Assembly (NCBI RefSeq): GCF_963921235.1
Contig: NC_086108.1
Span: 40,302,001 to 40,366,000 of the forward strand
Source: Mobula hypostoma
Taxonomy: Eukaryota
Direction: 5' to 3'
Length of the DNA: 64,000 nt
In this document: one piece after another, positions 42,336 to 52,270 of the stretch
Numbering within the stretch: position 1 is the stretch's first letter
Layout: every line of letters begins with the position of its first letter
Made by a program: the position numbers and the translations under genes
The notes under the pieces: model-generated
Databases searched by the model: none
The model's input: only the letters and a program-made list of their open reading frames with translations
What the model was told of the DNA's origin: nothing

Positions 42336-45300
42336 CACACACACACGCGCGTGTAGAGTAAGATTATATATATATAATTCTCTACAAATAAAAAAAATAC
42401 ACATTTTGTTGTACATGACAGACAGGAGAAAGCCTCTCATCTCTTTGAGCCTGCTGTGATCAGTAAGATCATGGTTGATGTGACTGCAACTGCACAATCC
42501 TGCCCCACCACCTTCTAACCAGCCCCCATAACCTTTCCGTAGTAAATGGCAACTGTAGTTAATCCAAGCACAGCAACACACCTGACTTAAGGCAAAGTTT
42601 CCATGATTACGAAGTAGAGGGAGGGCACAGAAGGCCAGAAATGCCCCTGTCTGTACAATCATCTGCCCTGATGGGTAATTGGGGGAGGACATCAGCGTAC
42701 AACATCAGCTGAATTACTCCAGTCCCTGTTGTCAGAAACTAAATAATTCATAGTCCATCCTTTTTAAAGAATGTATTTGTTAATAGGATATGGACATCAC
42801 TGGCAGTTACGTCCTCTTCTATCCAAACAGGAAGGTTACAGTATTGTGCCATAAACTGATAGGGTTTTCAGGAATTCTCAGTAATCTCATTGAATTAAAA
42901 ACTTCTTTCTGTGACTTAGTGTGTAAAGAAAAAGTAATTGCCCTTTCAGATCTATTTCATAAAACGTAATATTTTATTGGCCAGCATGTGATGAATTATG
43001 ACTGTATGTTCCAAAATAAAATGTATGATTTTTTTTCAGATTATAAAATTAACTGTGCTGTAAGTAGAGTGACGGATAGAACCATCACAATGGACATCAC
43101 CTACATCATCAATGAAAATGTAACAATAACTATTCTGACTGAAGTCTACAATCTTAGTGCAGATAAAAACATGACGAATATAACGATAGAAGGTCTCAGT
43201 GTATGTACTTCTTATAACCTCTCAGTAAGCGTGAATAAGTGCCCTACATTTTGTGAAAATGCAAATGCCACAACAAAACCGCCGCCTAGTAAGTATTGAG
43301 TAATATGTTTCAATTTAATGCAAATTAACAATTTCAAAGTTCAAACTTCAGAGACAGCGTGGAGTGCTGATTGGGATGTTATTCTGATTCTTGGTCTACG
43401 ATAGTGGTGTAGGCAGATATTAGTGCTGAGACCTCTTGTGTTTTTATGACATAAATTATTTGGACAAAAACATAGATGAGTTGTTTTGCAAGTTTGTGGA
43501 AGACACGGAAATTGGAGGAGTTGTGGATAGCATGGAAGGCTGTCAAGCAATCTAGCAAAACAGGTTGTCAAAGGGCAGTGGATTTCAATCTGAAAATATC
43601 TGAGATGTTGCATGTTGAGAGATCAAGTACAAGATTTCCTATAGTAAATGGCAGGACCCTTGGGGACATTGATGTACAGAGGGATCATAGCTCCTTTGAA
43701 GTGGCAACAGAAGTACATAGGATAGTAAAGAAGGTGAATGGCATACTTGCCTTAATCAGTCAGGCAATTGAATATTAAAGTTGGGAAGACACGTTGCAGC
43801 TGTTTAAAACCTTGTTTTGGCCACATTTGGAGTATTGTGCGCCATTTGGTTGCTGCGTTACAGAAAGGGATTGAAGGCTTTGGAGAGGTTGCAGAAGATA
43901 TTCACTGAGGATTTGTCTGTATTAGAGAGTATTAGCAGTAAGGAAAGGTTGGACAGACCTGGGTTGTTTCCCCTAGAGCACTGGAGGCAGAGGGAAAGCC
44001 AGGAGAAACTATATAAAATAATGAGAGACAAAGATCAAGGTGTAGAAACAGAATCTTTTTTCCATGATAGAAACGTCATATATTAGCAGATGCAGCTTTA
44101 AGATGAAAGAAGGAAAGTTTAAAGGAGATTGGCAAGGCAGTTTTTTTTACACAAGAGAATGGTATATTCCTGCAGCACACTGACGGGAGAGCTGATGGAA
44201 ACAGATGCCATAGCAACATGGAAGAGGCACATGTACAGGGACAGAATGGAAGGATATAAACCATGTGCAGGCAAATGTGATTGGTTCAGATTGGGATCAT
44301 GGTTGTTACTGACATAGGGAGCTGAAGAGCCTGTTCTTGTGTCCTCTATTCGAAGTATTGCGTATTGTTTTTAGGGATTATAATTCACAATGGACATGCT
44401 AGTCTTCAAAAACTGTGTTGCTAACTTAGTAAAATATGAAGTAAACATATGTTGCAAATGTGAAAGAGCAATTTTAAACATTTTAAACATTTATATTAAA
44501 ATGTTTATGGTTTTAAATGCTTTTGTAGAGTGTGATTACTTTATTAGTAACCATTATTTTCTATATCTTTTCAAGGTTTTGACTTTAATATTATCCAAAA
44601 CCCGCCTTACTTCTCAATCAATAAAACTTCAGATATGAAACGATGCAATCTTACTTATGATTGGAACTGTAAAAGTGGTAATTATAATAATGAATTTACT
44701 ATGATTTTTTTTGTTGTTCTAGTCCAAACAGAAACACCTATAGACCATATTTTTACAATGAAGCAAGATTAGAATCCATTTGAGTGGATTTCTTGTAAAT
44801 GGTTCTATAATAGAAAATAGAGGTTTTATATGTATATGACATTTTACATGATCTCAAGCCTCAGTCAGTTAAGCACCACTGAAGTGTGTTATTGGAGATG
44901 TGCAAACTAATTTATACACTACAACATAGAAATGACATGCGGGCTCAGAAAAGATTTCCAAGAATGGTTCCTGGGATGAAAGATGTCTGTTATGAGGTTA
45001 GATTGGAGAAAGTGGGACTTTTTTTTAAATAAGAAGGCTGACGGGAGGTTAGATTGATGTTTGTATACTAATGAGGGGTTTGGAAGACTGGATTATGAGA
45101 GACCATTCCTGTTGGTAGACAAATGGAAGAATAAAAGACATAATAGAAAATAAAGGGAAAGGGAGCTATGAGTGGCATGAGGGAAGTCTTTTTACGCAGC
45201 AAGTTGCTGGAATCTGAATGACACTGCCTGTCGATGTGGAGACAGGTTCCATTGTGGCCTTCAAGAATGAATTGGATAAATATATGATGGAAAAAAATAT

Positions 45301-48300
45301 TGCCAGATTGTGGAGAAAAGGCTGGGGCAGAGGCGGAATTTGGAACCGGTGAGTTGCTGTGGTCGAAAGAACTCATTGGGTCAAAAGGCCTGCTTCTATG
45401 TAACGATTCAATGATTCATAAGATCACATGGACAGCAATGAACTTGTTTTTATTTGTTTGTTGAAATGTAAATTTTAGCTGGGACATCTTCACTGGTATT
45501 CTGAGGAACTTTGTTAACCCATTGCTAAGAGTTGTGGTCTTTCAGGTGAGATACGCTATAATGTCTCACCACTGACAATGTAGCCCTGAGCACGTCTTCA
45601 TAATTTTGAAGTTAGGGTATGCTATGGAGACAAATGAGACTGCAACATTGAAAACTTTTGAATAGTGGTGCATGTCATGTGGCTGGGGTGGTTCCAGCCT
45701 CCTCCCAATCATTGTTTGCTAGTCCACAGTGGACTTTCACAAATGCTGTGCAAGCTTCCATTAGGTCAGCAGCTTCTTTTATACAAAGAGAGAAGAGAAA
45801 GAGAAAAATCACTGAAAGATAGATTTTCTTATTTTCCACCCCAAGAATAATATTTTAAAAAAGTAAATAGAAGCTGTGACTCTGACTATTAGGTCTCTGA
45901 CCTGAGCTATGCCCTGTGATATCACGGGTTTTACTTCAACTGGTCCTGTATCTTGTGTATGGATATGCATTTGGTCCATTATAAGGCTGCAAGTGAAAGA
46001 AGAGTAAGCATTCTTTAGCCAATGGACTCATTTTTATTGTTCTTCTTTATTCTTTTTATGTTTATTTTTTTTTGCATCTCTAGTCCAGATGCAGGTACTT
46101 TTCAGATTGCTGATGTGAGGTACAGTTGGCAGGATGCCCTGCTCTGAGTTGAAAGTCCCCCTCCATTTGGTTCTAGGTACAAGCATTTTAGTGGGGGCTC
46201 CAGTGTAGTACTGAGGGAGGACAGCTTTGTGTGAGATAGTGCTGTTTAGGTCAGGTGATAAACCAAGGCTCCTCCCAGCTGAGCTTATATTGGTTTTTTA
46301 ATGACGAAATGTTATGAAACTGCCCTCGGTGTCATTCAACCATTGAAAAAACAAGTAGGTCATTTCCACATTGTTCTTTGCATGAGCTTCATGGGTGTAA
46401 ATTGGATGGTGAGTTTCCTACATTATAGTTGTGACCAAAAGTTAGTACTACATATTTTATTTAGCAGATTCTGAAATGAATACACAAGGTACTTTGTTAA
46501 TGGTTGTACACTCAGATTCCACTCCAGGTTCTTCAATAGCAAGCATGTAAGGGAAGCGTCCAGTGGAGTACTGAGGAAGTGCTGCTTTGTAGGAGATGCT
46601 TTGTCAGAGAATGGAGAAGGCTCCACTAAACAGAAGATCAGTGTTAAACCTTGTAGTGATATTTTCTACATACGTCTGTCTCACTGATACAAGTGCAGGT
46701 CTCTTTGCTCACCCCTCTCACCTTAACCAGACACAAGGTTCATTCGGGGAATGAAGGGGTTAACATATGAGGAGCATTTGGGAGCTTTGGGCCTGTTCTC
46801 ACTGGAACTTAGAAGAATGCAGGGGGATCTCATTGAAACCTACTTAATGTTGAAAAAATAAGATGGGGTAGATGTGGACAAAATGTTTCCCATAGTGGGT
46901 GGGGGGGGGGTATCCAGAACTAAAGGGCACAGCTTCAAAATTGAGGGGCGACCCTTTAGAACGGAGGTAAGGAGGAATTTTTTTTTTTAGCCAGAGAGTA
47001 GAGAGTCTGTGGAATGCTCTGCCACAGACTGTGTTGGAGGCCAAGTCAGTGGGTATATTTAAGTTGATGGTTTCCTGATCGGTCAAGGCATCAAAGGATA
47101 TGGTGACAAGGCAAGTGTATAGGGTTGAGTGGGATCTGTGATCAGTCATGATGGAATAGCGGAGCAGACTCGATGGGCTGAATGGCCTCATTCAGCTCCT
47201 ATGTCTTACGGTTTATTGGAATTTCTTCTTTAGCTACGTTAAAACCAAAGTGATAAAAACAAACCTCTGGTGAGGTAGGACCTAAGGATGCACTTTTACC
47301 ATTCATTAATCACTCCCCTCATGAAATGCTGGACTGTCAGAATCAGATCTATTATCACTGACATATGTCATGGAGTAAGTTGTTTTGTGGCCGCAGTGCA
47401 TTGTAATACTTAAAAATTACTATAAATTACAATAAAAATTTAATAAGTGTGAAAGAGAGGGCAAAGTGGTGAGATAGTGTTCATGGGTTCTGAAATCTAA
47501 TGGCAGAGGGGAAGATGTTCCTAAAATGTTGAGTGAGTGTCTTCAGGCATCACCTTTTGAAGATGTCCTGTACGGTGAAGAGGCTAGTACACATGATGGA
47601 GCTAACTGAATCCACAACCATCTGCAACCGCTTGTACTCCTGTGTATTGAAGGCCAATCAGAGTGCTCTCCACTGTGCCCCTGTAGAAATTTGCAAGGAT
47701 CGTTGGTGAAGTATCAAACCTCTCAAATTCCCAATTAAATACAGCAGCTGGGGCACCTTCTTCATGTTTCCATCAATGTGTTTGCCCAGGATAGATCCTC
47801 TAAGATGCTGATGCCCAGGAACTTGAAATTGTTCATCCTTTCCATTGCTAATCCCTTAATGAGGATTAGTATATGCTCTCCAGAATTCCCCTTCCTGAAG
47901 TCCATAATGAATTTCCTAGTCTGACCGATGTTGAGTGTAAGGTTATTGTCGCAATACCACTCAACCGGTTGATCTACCAAACTCCTATGTGGCTCCTTGT
48001 CGCCACCTGAGATTCTGCCAACAACAGTGCTGCTATTGGCAATTCTGTAGATGCTATTTGAGCTGTGCCTAGCCACACTGTCATGAGTGCAGAGAGTAAA
48101 GCAGAGAGCTGAGCATATATCCTTGAGGTGCAACTGTGTTGATTGTCACTGAGGAGGAGACGTTATTTCTGGGTTACGAACTGAAGTTTAGGAGACATCC
48201 AGGGTTTTGCAGCCACCAGGGGGTGAATGCAGATGAGTGTTCGTATCTTGTTGAACCAGGAATGATCTGGTTTAATAATAGTATAAATGGGTGACAGGAG

Positions 48301-50330
48301 CAAAGGGGACCAAAGGTACTTGCTTTGAAATCATTTAAATTTGATTAATTTTGACATTGATAAGCAGACAAAATTATTGAGTTGGTTTCTGGAAAGGTGG
48401 GAGTGAGTAAAGCTGTGTTAAACTTGTATTGTGCCTTAGTTGAACCACATCTGAAATATATGGTATGGCTTTTCACTTGATATAATTAGAAAGAAATGAG
48501 AGACACTGAGGAAGATGCACAGTACCTTTTCAGAATAATATTAGAATTGAGAGAGGGAGAAAGACAAGGGACAAGAGGGAGGGAGATTAAACTGAATTCA
48601 GAAAGAGAATGCTGGGTAGAGGTTCTATGGTAAAAGACATTTGATAGGGAAGACCTTTTTCACTTGGCAAAACATAAATGATGCATAATTAATATAAAAA
48701 GGTCACTAATAAATCTAGTGAAGAATTCAAGATGTATTTCTTAATTCAAATACTGGGGAGCTCAGATGCATTATGAAGAGTTAAGGTAGAGATTGCGATA
48801 ACAGGAATCTAGATAAAAAGAATGAGGGAGAAAAGAATAGTAGGTGTGTTAACAGGATCAGCTGTGTTGAATGGGAGTAATCTATATGGACCATAGTCTC
48901 TGGAATCATCGGTTGTGCTGAATGGCATTTTGTGCTTTACTCTCAATATAATTTCAAAGATCCAATTTAATGTCAGAGAAATGTATACAATATGCATCCT
49001 GAAATGCTTTTTCTTCGTGAACATCCACGAAAACAGAGAAGTGCCCCAAAGAATTAACAACAGATAAACGTAAGAACACCAAAGTTGCCCCCCCCCAGCT
49101 CCCCTCTCTTCCTCCCGTATGTAAGCGGCAACGAGCAACAATCCGCCCTACCCCCACCGACAAAAAAAAGCGAGCATCGGTACTGTCACTGAGCACTCAG
49201 CATGAGCAAAGCAATAGCCAAGACGCAGAGTTGCAGTTACCCCAAAGACTTTGCGTTACACCCGGCATTCGACATACTGCAGATTCTCTCTCTCTCCCTA
49301 ATAAGGGAGAAAAAGGTGTCTCCATTTTCCCAGCGAGCAGGGAGACATAACAAACAACTTGCTGGTTTATGATGTTAAAAGTCCATTGTGTCGCTTTTTC
49401 GAGCGCTGTGCCCAAAGATCGCAAAGATCCTGGATCTTCGGGCCCACAGCAGATATCCCAACTCCCCCGACGACACAAGGGTCTCCTGCCGTGACATCAA
49501 CCCTTGATCCGCCCGTCTCCAGAGCCCTAAGATCTTAGGCTTCTGAATTCGAGCCAGACTCTCAGTCCTAACCCTTGTTGTGCCGAACAACAGCCGGTCC
49601 TGAAACCCCGAGAACGGGTCCCATTCCCGCAATGAACCGAAGTCAGCATGTAACTGCAGGTCAGGGTCTTCAAAAGAACCCTGAAAGGGAAAAATAAAGA
49701 TATTAAAGATGGAAATAGAGCTGTTTCCAAAGATGCAAACAAAGGAGTCGCCGTTTAGCGCATCTTAACTTCGCTCCGCCTCCCTGATTATATCAAATAT
49801 GATATAATTTGCAATAAATATCAATGATTTAGATGAAAATGTAGCGAGATAGATTAGCGAATTTGTCAATGGCGCCAGACTTGTGGAGTTGTGGGCAGTG
49901 TAAAGGACTATCAAAGAATACCATGGGATATAGATCATTTACAGTTATGAGCACAGAAGTGGCAGATGGGGTTTAATCTGGGCAAGCGGGAGGTGTTGCA
50001 TTTTGGAAGGTCAAATAAAAGGCGAAAGTATACATTTAATGGTAGTCCCTTAATAGATATGGAGGGAGCGGAGTCAGGTCCATAGTTCACTGAAAGTGGG
50101 TCATTTGCTGTACTGATCTATGTTTTATAATCACAGTATTGTAGGTTTAGCAAAGTCTTAATTGTATTACCATTTTTGCCATTTTGTTTTTTTTTCAGAA
50201 AATGTAACTAAAGTAGATGAAATAACAGTGAACATTTCAACTCCTTGTGAAGAATACAATTGCTTTATCACATTCAGCACTGGAAATTGGAAAGGGGTTA
50301 AAAACGTAAGCCTGAAAGCAGAAAAGGAAA
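8573..50330 (+). CDS. PTPRC: Receptor-type tyrosine-protein phosphatase C (CD45), partial multi-exon gene: N-terminal mucin-like region and first FN3/Cys-rich domains. The signal-peptide exon and the TM/phosphatase exons are not identified in the window.
   Basis: Ordered series of phase-1 exons: short SPTP exon, many Ser/Thr cassette exons, 75-nt and 27-nt (Cys-ending) exons, then Cys-containing FN3-like exons. Motifs GLSVCTSYNLSVSVNKC..KPPP, CNLTYDWNCKSG and PCEEYNC parallel human CD45 NLTECKNASVSISHNSC..VPP, CDTQNITYRFQCG and PEHEYKC (human motifs recalled, not aligned by tool). Confidence 0.88.
8945..9480 (-). mobile_element. Non-autonomous non-LTR-type repeat
   Basis: Minus strand ends ...AATAAATGTACTTTGAACTTTGAA, a short tandem tail like those near 4230 and 48953. 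Confidence 0.4.
12161..12229 (+). CDS. PTPRC: Mucin-like cassette exon, xDLHLTLTSIAPLSVTTSFTTGS
   Basis: tttttcaaacag|ATGAC...TTCAA|gtatat; 69 nt, open frame, weak donor. Confidence 0.6.
12945..13295 (+). mobile_element. CR1-type LINE 3' fragment
   Basis: cagttctggtcact...aggaaggacgtg...ttacacagagtggtaggtgcctgga, typical ORF2 3' end. Confidence 0.65.
13458..13526 (+). CDS. PTPRC: Mucin-like cassette exon, xHSAFTSTSTASSSVHTSTVAGS
   Basis: ttcttccagcag|GTCAC...TTCAA|gtaggt; 69 nt, phase 1-1. Confidence 0.72.
14170..14240 (+). pseudogene. Decayed copy of the mucin cassette exon
   Basis: Similar to the 69-nt exons and their flanks (cagcagttactactacattcacaacagg...gtccacagagatg). The homologous acceptor AG and exon start are deleted. 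Confidence 0.5.
14525..14593 (+). CDS. PTPRC: Mucin-like cassette exon, xHSSRTLTSTASPSVTTSSAKNP
   Basis: ttcttccagcag|ATCAT...TCCAA|gtaggt; 69 nt, phase 1-1. Confidence 0.75.
15619..15687 (+). CDS. PTPRC: Mucin-like cassette exon, xHSSLTFTSTASSSVNILFIAGS
   Basis: tcttcctacag|GTCAC...TTCAA|gtagat; 69 nt; paralog of the 13458 exon. Confidence 0.62.
16325..16395 (+). pseudogene. Decayed copy of the mucin cassette exon (paralog of 14170)
   Basis: Same position in the duplicated ~2.2-kb block as the 14170 copy; no homologous donor. Confidence 0.45.
16676..16744 (+). CDS. PTPRC: Mucin-like cassette exon with GC donor, xLSSLTPTSTAPPAVTISFAKVP
   Basis: ttcttcctgcag|ATCTC...TCCAA|gcaggt; 69 nt; donor is GC where the paralog at 14525 has gtaggt. 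Confidence 0.5.
17012..17038 (+). CDS. PTPRC: 27-nt internally deleted cassette micro-exon, xTTSITTAS
   Basis: ttccttccaacag|TGACTACTTCAATCACAACAGCCTCAA|gtaggt; equals the 3' 27 nt of a 69-nt exon, frame preserved. Confidence 0.5.
18421..18501. mobile_element. 81-bp MITE with 16-bp perfect TIRs, hAT-like termini
   Basis: CAGGGGTTCCCAACCT ... AGGTTGGGAACCCCTG; no clear 8-bp TSD. Confidence 0.8.
18578..19463 (-). mobile_element. 5'-truncated Tx1/L1-clade LINE with open ORF2 C-terminus (zinc-binding region) and 3' UTR
   Basis: GC-rich; LAWLAVRGALPVR...CPREDCSEESVTHFFAHCQFAKRVW...LWSARN; 14-bp TSD CTTTCTTTCCATTT at 18564-18577 and 19464-19477. Confidence 0.88.
19697..19756 (+). CDS. PTPRC: Possible cassette exon with weak GAG acceptor, xNQLALISTSMAPITVTPGL
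   Basis: Clear homology (TCCACCAGCATGGCTCCA) and donor TAA|gtatgc. The homologous acceptor is mutated; only tttgag| gives an in-frame 60-nt exon. Confidence 0.35.
20983..21039 (+). CDS. PTPRC: 57-nt cassette exon (type A, copy 1), xHSSLTYTSTAPSVTTTSA
   Basis: ttttctttatcccgcag|ATCAC...TGCAA|gtatgt; phase 1-1. Confidence 0.75.
21543..21600 (+). pseudogene. Decayed cassette exon (type D, copy 1)
   Basis: Paralogous to 31479 and 35620; indels, no homologous donor. Confidence 0.35.
22410..23290 (+). mobile_element. CR1-type LINE 3' fragment (array copy)
   Basis: MVMHLGRRNK..., MRRNFLSHMVLNLWNSLPQ, 3' UTR ctgctcct...ttatggtctta. Confidence 0.85.
23340..23407 (+). pseudogene. Type C cassette exon, donor destroyed
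   Basis: ttcttctgacag|ATCACTCAGCACTT...GGTTCA then atatgt instead of gtatgt. Confidence 0.6.
23696..23791 (+). CDS. PTPRC: 96-nt cassette exon (type B, copy 1), GC donor, xHSSLTLTSTATSAVNTSSVSVSVKATKAPNI
   Basis: tcttccaacag|ATCAC...ATTG|gcaagt; open frame, phase 1-1; GC donor conserved in all three copies. Confidence 0.65.
25159..25215 (+). CDS. PTPRC: 57-nt cassette exon (type A, copy 2), xHSSLTYTSTASSATTTSP
   Basis: tcccgcag|ATCAC...TCCAA|gtatgt. Confidence 0.75.
26140..27010 (+). mobile_element. CR1-type LINE 3' fragment (array copy)
   Basis: Near-identical to 22410-23290. Confidence 0.85.
27061..27128 (+). pseudogene. Type C cassette exon, 68 nt, ending in in-frame TAA
   Basis: cttctgacag|ATCAC...AAT GGA TAA|gtatgt; both splice sites intact but stop codon and non-triplet length. 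Confidence 0.6.
27369..27464 (+). CDS. PTPRC: 96-nt cassette exon (type B, copy 2), GC donor, xHSSRTSTSMAPSAVNTSSVSVSVTSTEAANS
   Basis: tctcccaacag|CTCAC...AGTG|gcaagt. Confidence 0.65.
28913..28969 (+). CDS. PTPRC: 57-nt cassette exon (type A, copy 3), xHSSLTYASTAPSATTTSP
   Basis: tcccgcag|ATCAC...TCCAA|gtatgt. Confidence 0.75.
29892..30750 (+). mobile_element. CR1-type LINE 3' fragment (array copy)
   Basis: Same insertion point (ttgttgggaagtgtatggtcatgcac) as sister units. Confidence 0.85.
30916..30972 (+). CDS. PTPRC: 57-nt cassette exon (type A, copy 4), xHSSLTYTSTASSVTTTSA
   Basis: tcccgcag|ATCAC...TGCAA|gtatgt. Confidence 0.75.
31479..31535 (+). pseudogene. Decayed cassette exon (type D, copy 2), xYSSFTSCSMAPSAMTF
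   Basis: ttag|ATTACTCTTCATTTACATCCTGCTCAATGGCTCCATCAGCAA aligns by eye with type A; poor pyrimidine tract, no homologous donor. Confidence 0.45.
32283..33150 (+). mobile_element. CR1-type LINE 3' fragment (array copy)
   Basis: ANAMLAFILRGLEYKS...[26 protein letters not shown]. Confidence 0.85.
33198..33265 (+). pseudogene. Type C cassette exon, 68 nt (frameshifting)
   Basis: ttcagacag|ATCAC...GGTTCA|gtatgt; one nt short of the 69-nt family. Confidence 0.55.
33552..33659 (+). CDS. PTPRC: 108-nt cassette exon (type B, copy 3), GC donor, xHSSLTLTSTASSAVNTSSVSVSVSISVKATEATNI
   Basis: tcttccaacag|CTCAC...ATTG|gcaagt; 12 nt longer than sisters by two extra TCAGTA-type hexamers. Confidence 0.65.
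35111..35167 (+). CDS. PTPRC: 57-nt cassette exon (type A, copy 5), xHSSPTYSSMASTVITASP
   Basis: tatctcgcag|ATCAC...TCCAA|gtatgt. Confidence 0.72.
35620..35672 (+). pseudogene. Decayed cassette exon (type D, copy 3), acceptor deleted
   Basis: tactcttcatttatatcctgctcaatggctccatcagcaa matches 31481 onward; the upstream ~80 nt are missing. Confidence 0.4.
36670..36741 (+). CDS. PTPRC: 72-nt Ser/Thr exon, probable GC donor, xFTSLSSSGTSAKAATTQFSENST
   Basis: ctcttccaacag|ATTTC...AACAG|gcacgc; open frame; 3' boundary uncertain. Confidence 0.55.
37985..38420 (+). mobile_element. CR1-type LINE 3' fragment
   Basis: EREQRKFTRILPGLEDLSYKERL...RRLRGDLIEVYKIMRG. Confidence 0.85.
38950..40097 (+). mobile_element. 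CR1-type LINE with internal deletions
   Basis: [40 protein letters not shown] and CR1 3' UTR. Confidence 0.9.
41125..41199 (+). CDS. PTPRC: CD45 exon 7 equivalent, xTSNTTTTDSNITEPTASTLSTAVQ
   Basis: tctttctgcag|GCACA...CCAAA|gtacgt; 75 nt, phase 1-1. Confidence 0.8.
41758..41784 (+). CDS. PTPRC: CD45 exon 8 equivalent, xSGANTTNC
   Basis: atttcag|CTTCTGGTGCTAATACTACGAATTGCA|gtaaga; 27 nt ending in Cys, like human ATTPSKPTC. Confidence 0.8.
42277..42350. repeat. Compound (CA)n/(CGCA)n microsatellite
   Basis: Read directly. Confidence 0.95.
43040..43288 (+). CDS. PTPRC: CD45 exon 9 equivalent, Cys-rich first FN3-like domain
   Basis: ttttttttcag|ATTAT...CCTA|gtaagt; 249 nt; YKINCAVSRVTDRTITMDITY...IEGLSVCTSYNLSVSVNKCPTFCENANATTKPPP; many N-X-S/T sequons. 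Confidence 0.88.
43480..44345 (+). mobile_element. Degenerate CR1-type LINE 3' part
   Basis: ggccacatttggagtattgtg, ALERLQKIFT...KERLDRPGLFPLE. Confidence 0.8.
44576..44677 (+). CDS. PTPRC: CD45 exon 10 equivalent, xFDFNIIQNPPYFSINKTSDMKRCNLTYDWNCKS
   Basis: tcttttcaag|GTTTT...AAGTG|gtaatt; 102 nt, phase 1-1. Confidence 0.8.
44930..45410 (+). mobile_element. Degenerate CR1-type LINE 3' fragment
   Basis: aagaatggttcctgggatgaaag...ttatgaggttagattggagaa...aggctgacgggagg. Confidence 0.6.
46140..46620 (+). mobile_element. Two degenerate DeuSINE/SacSINE-like cores
   Basis: tccagtgtagtactgagggagg (~46200) and tccagtggagtactgaggaagtgctgc (~46560) match the recalled Deu-domain CCAGTGCAGTACTGAGGGAGTGCTGC; a similar 3' half lies at ~2080-2270. 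Confidence 0.5.
46730..47215 (+). mobile_element. CR1-type LINE 3' end
   Basis: gaatgaaggggttaacatatgaggagc...ctgtggaatgctctgccacag...3' UTR. Confidence 0.85.
47335..48165 (-). mobile_element. Rex1/Babar-like LINE RT fragment with 3' tail
   Basis: THDSVARHSSNSIY..A..STVVGRIS...WYCDNNLTLNIGQTRKFIMDFRK...FKFLGISILEDLSW. Confidence 0.75.
48953..49780 (-). mobile_element. GC-richer non-autonomous retroelement-like insertion
   Basis: Sharp composition change; minus strand ends ...TGTATACATTTCTCTGACATTAAATTGGATCTTTGAA; flanked by old CR1 debris. Confidence 0.5.
50199..50330 (+). CDS. PTPRC: CD45 exon 11 equivalent, xNVTKVDEITVNISTPCEEYNCFITFSTGNWKGVKNVSLKAEKE
   Basis: tttttttttcag|AAAAT...GGAAA|gtaagt; 132 nt, phase 1-1. 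Confidence 0.85.
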
Positions 50331-51557
50331 GTAAGTATTTAAGTTTACAGTGCTTTATGAAAATCAAATGCCTGAAAAACCAGTCTATTCCAATGATGAG
50401 AAGATGGTTTTTCATTTTGAATTGTGTGCATTGATAACAAATTTGGACTTTGTGTTAGATGACCATGACTGCTGTGTTCGGTTTGGCATTTTCTGTTGAG
50501 AAAGCCAAAGTTGCCTGTTTTTCTCTTAGTGGTACATGTAAAAGGTACAAAGTCTGAATTTAAAATGTTTATTTAATACAAAGGCTACCTGCTCATAATG
50601 TGCATGGATTTGGAAGTTTACCACTGAATGAGTCTGCTCAGCTTCCTTTGTACTCAACTCTTCACCACATTGATGGGGCAAAACTATAGACTGATGTCTA
50701 ACCTATAAAACAGACAGCAACACTCAGACTGCTCACAGAAATCAATGAATCCATTATATCTGATCATTCCTTAATACACAATAAGAAACTACAGTGCAGT
50801 CCATCTTCACTAAAACACCTCATCAGGCAAAATATTGTTTATTATACCCTTAAGTCTCTGAAACTGCAGTTTGATGGCACTCACATAACCGTCATATTTC
50901 TGTGGATGATTGGCAAACAATAAACATCATCACAAAAGTAATACTAATAAATGTTTATCTTCAAGCCCGAATGCATCATTCATTCTACTTATGGTAGCAC
51001 TGTGAGTGAAACGTTTGCTTCACATGGGACCAAAGTTATCCTTTTCAACTTTAGCTTAAACCTAGAGCACCAGATTTCCCCTTAATAGCCATCATGAATA
51101 TCGTGTTGATGTGTGTAGAATTGAGTTCACATGCTTACCAGAACAATGGGCAAACATAGGCAGAGGGCAGACAGAGCTTCACAATAACATCACGCTGTGA
51201 TTGCCCTTGTGTGCTGTATGTGGTGTTGTTTTGCAATCTAGAAGGGCTGTCCTTTTCAGTAGATAGAAGAGGATGTGGCCCAAATGGTCTTACTATCTCG
51301 GATGAAATAAAGCAATCAGTAAATTGTTGGATCCATCTAATACAATGTCAAACTTTATTATATCTACAGTATGCAACATCTTGATTGTATATACTGCCCC
51401 TGTTCTCCTTTGACATGGCTTTCCAAATCAATTTGCTCCAGTTGACCAGGGATTGGTGACTCATCTGCAGTACACTGATGCATCAGGCATCCCTTCCAAT
51501 TTTGAACCATCCCATCAAAAGTAAATTGCCACTGAACAGCTGAATTAATCTGTAACC

Positions 51558-51645
51558 AACACACACAAAATGCTGGAGGAACTCAGCAGGCCAGACAGCA
51601 TCTATGGAAAAGAGCACAGTCGGCAACTTGGGCCAAGACTCTTTC
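51558..51645 (+). mobile_element. 5' half of the short palindromic repeat family, interrupted at ~51648
   Basis: acacacaaaatgctggaggaactcagcagg...agcatctatgg as in the copies at 21087, 25250 and 29015; the 3' half is absent. Confidence 0.7.
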
Positions 51646-51647
51646 CC

Positions 51648-51886
51648 TGTCATAAGGCGGTGGCTGGGAATGGACCCAAGTGCAAGACACAGACACTGAA
51701 GTACTGGAATAGGACAAGAGAGCTAGGAGCCCGGGCTTGGACTCCGAGCCAGAGACTGGACAAGGACCCAGTACCTGGGTCTTGCCTCTGGCTTGGACCC
51801 CGGAACTAGGCAAGGACGAGGCTTAGCAGGCAGGCAGGATGAGGCTGGAGTCTTCAAGCTTGAGGCTAGAGGCAAGACTTGGCAGG
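51648..51886. mobile_element. Putative LTR terminus grading into the satellite
   Basis: Abrupt start TGTCATAAGG...ggacccaagtgcaagac, then increasingly repetitive ggacaag/ggctag motifs. The other end is not in the window. Confidence 0.4.
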
Positions 51887-52270
51887 AGGCTAGAGGCTAG
51901 AGGCTAGAGGCTGGAGGCTGGAGGCTAGAGGCTAGAGGCTAGAGGCTAGAGGCTAGAGGCTAGAGGCTAGAGGCTAGAGGCTGGAGGCTGGAGGCTGGAG
52001 GCTGGAGGCTGGAGGCTGGAGGCTAGAGGCTAGAGGCTAGAGGCTGGAGGCTGGAGGCTGGAGGCTGGAGGCTGGAGGCTGGAGGCTGGAGGCTAGAGGC
52101 TGGAGGCTAGAGGCTAGAGGCTAGAGGCTAGAGGCTGGAGGCTGGAGGCTGGAGGCTGGAGGCTGGAGGCTGGAGGCTGGAGGCTGGAGGCTAGAGGCTA
52201 GAGGCTAGAGGCTAGAGGCTAGAGGCTAGAGGCTAGAGGCTAGAGGCTGGAGGCTGGAGGCTGGAGGCTT
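51887..52270 (+). repeat. Pure heptamer array (GAGGCTR)n, ~55 units in alternating blocks of GAGGCTA and GAGGCTG
   Basis: Read directly. Confidence 0.95.
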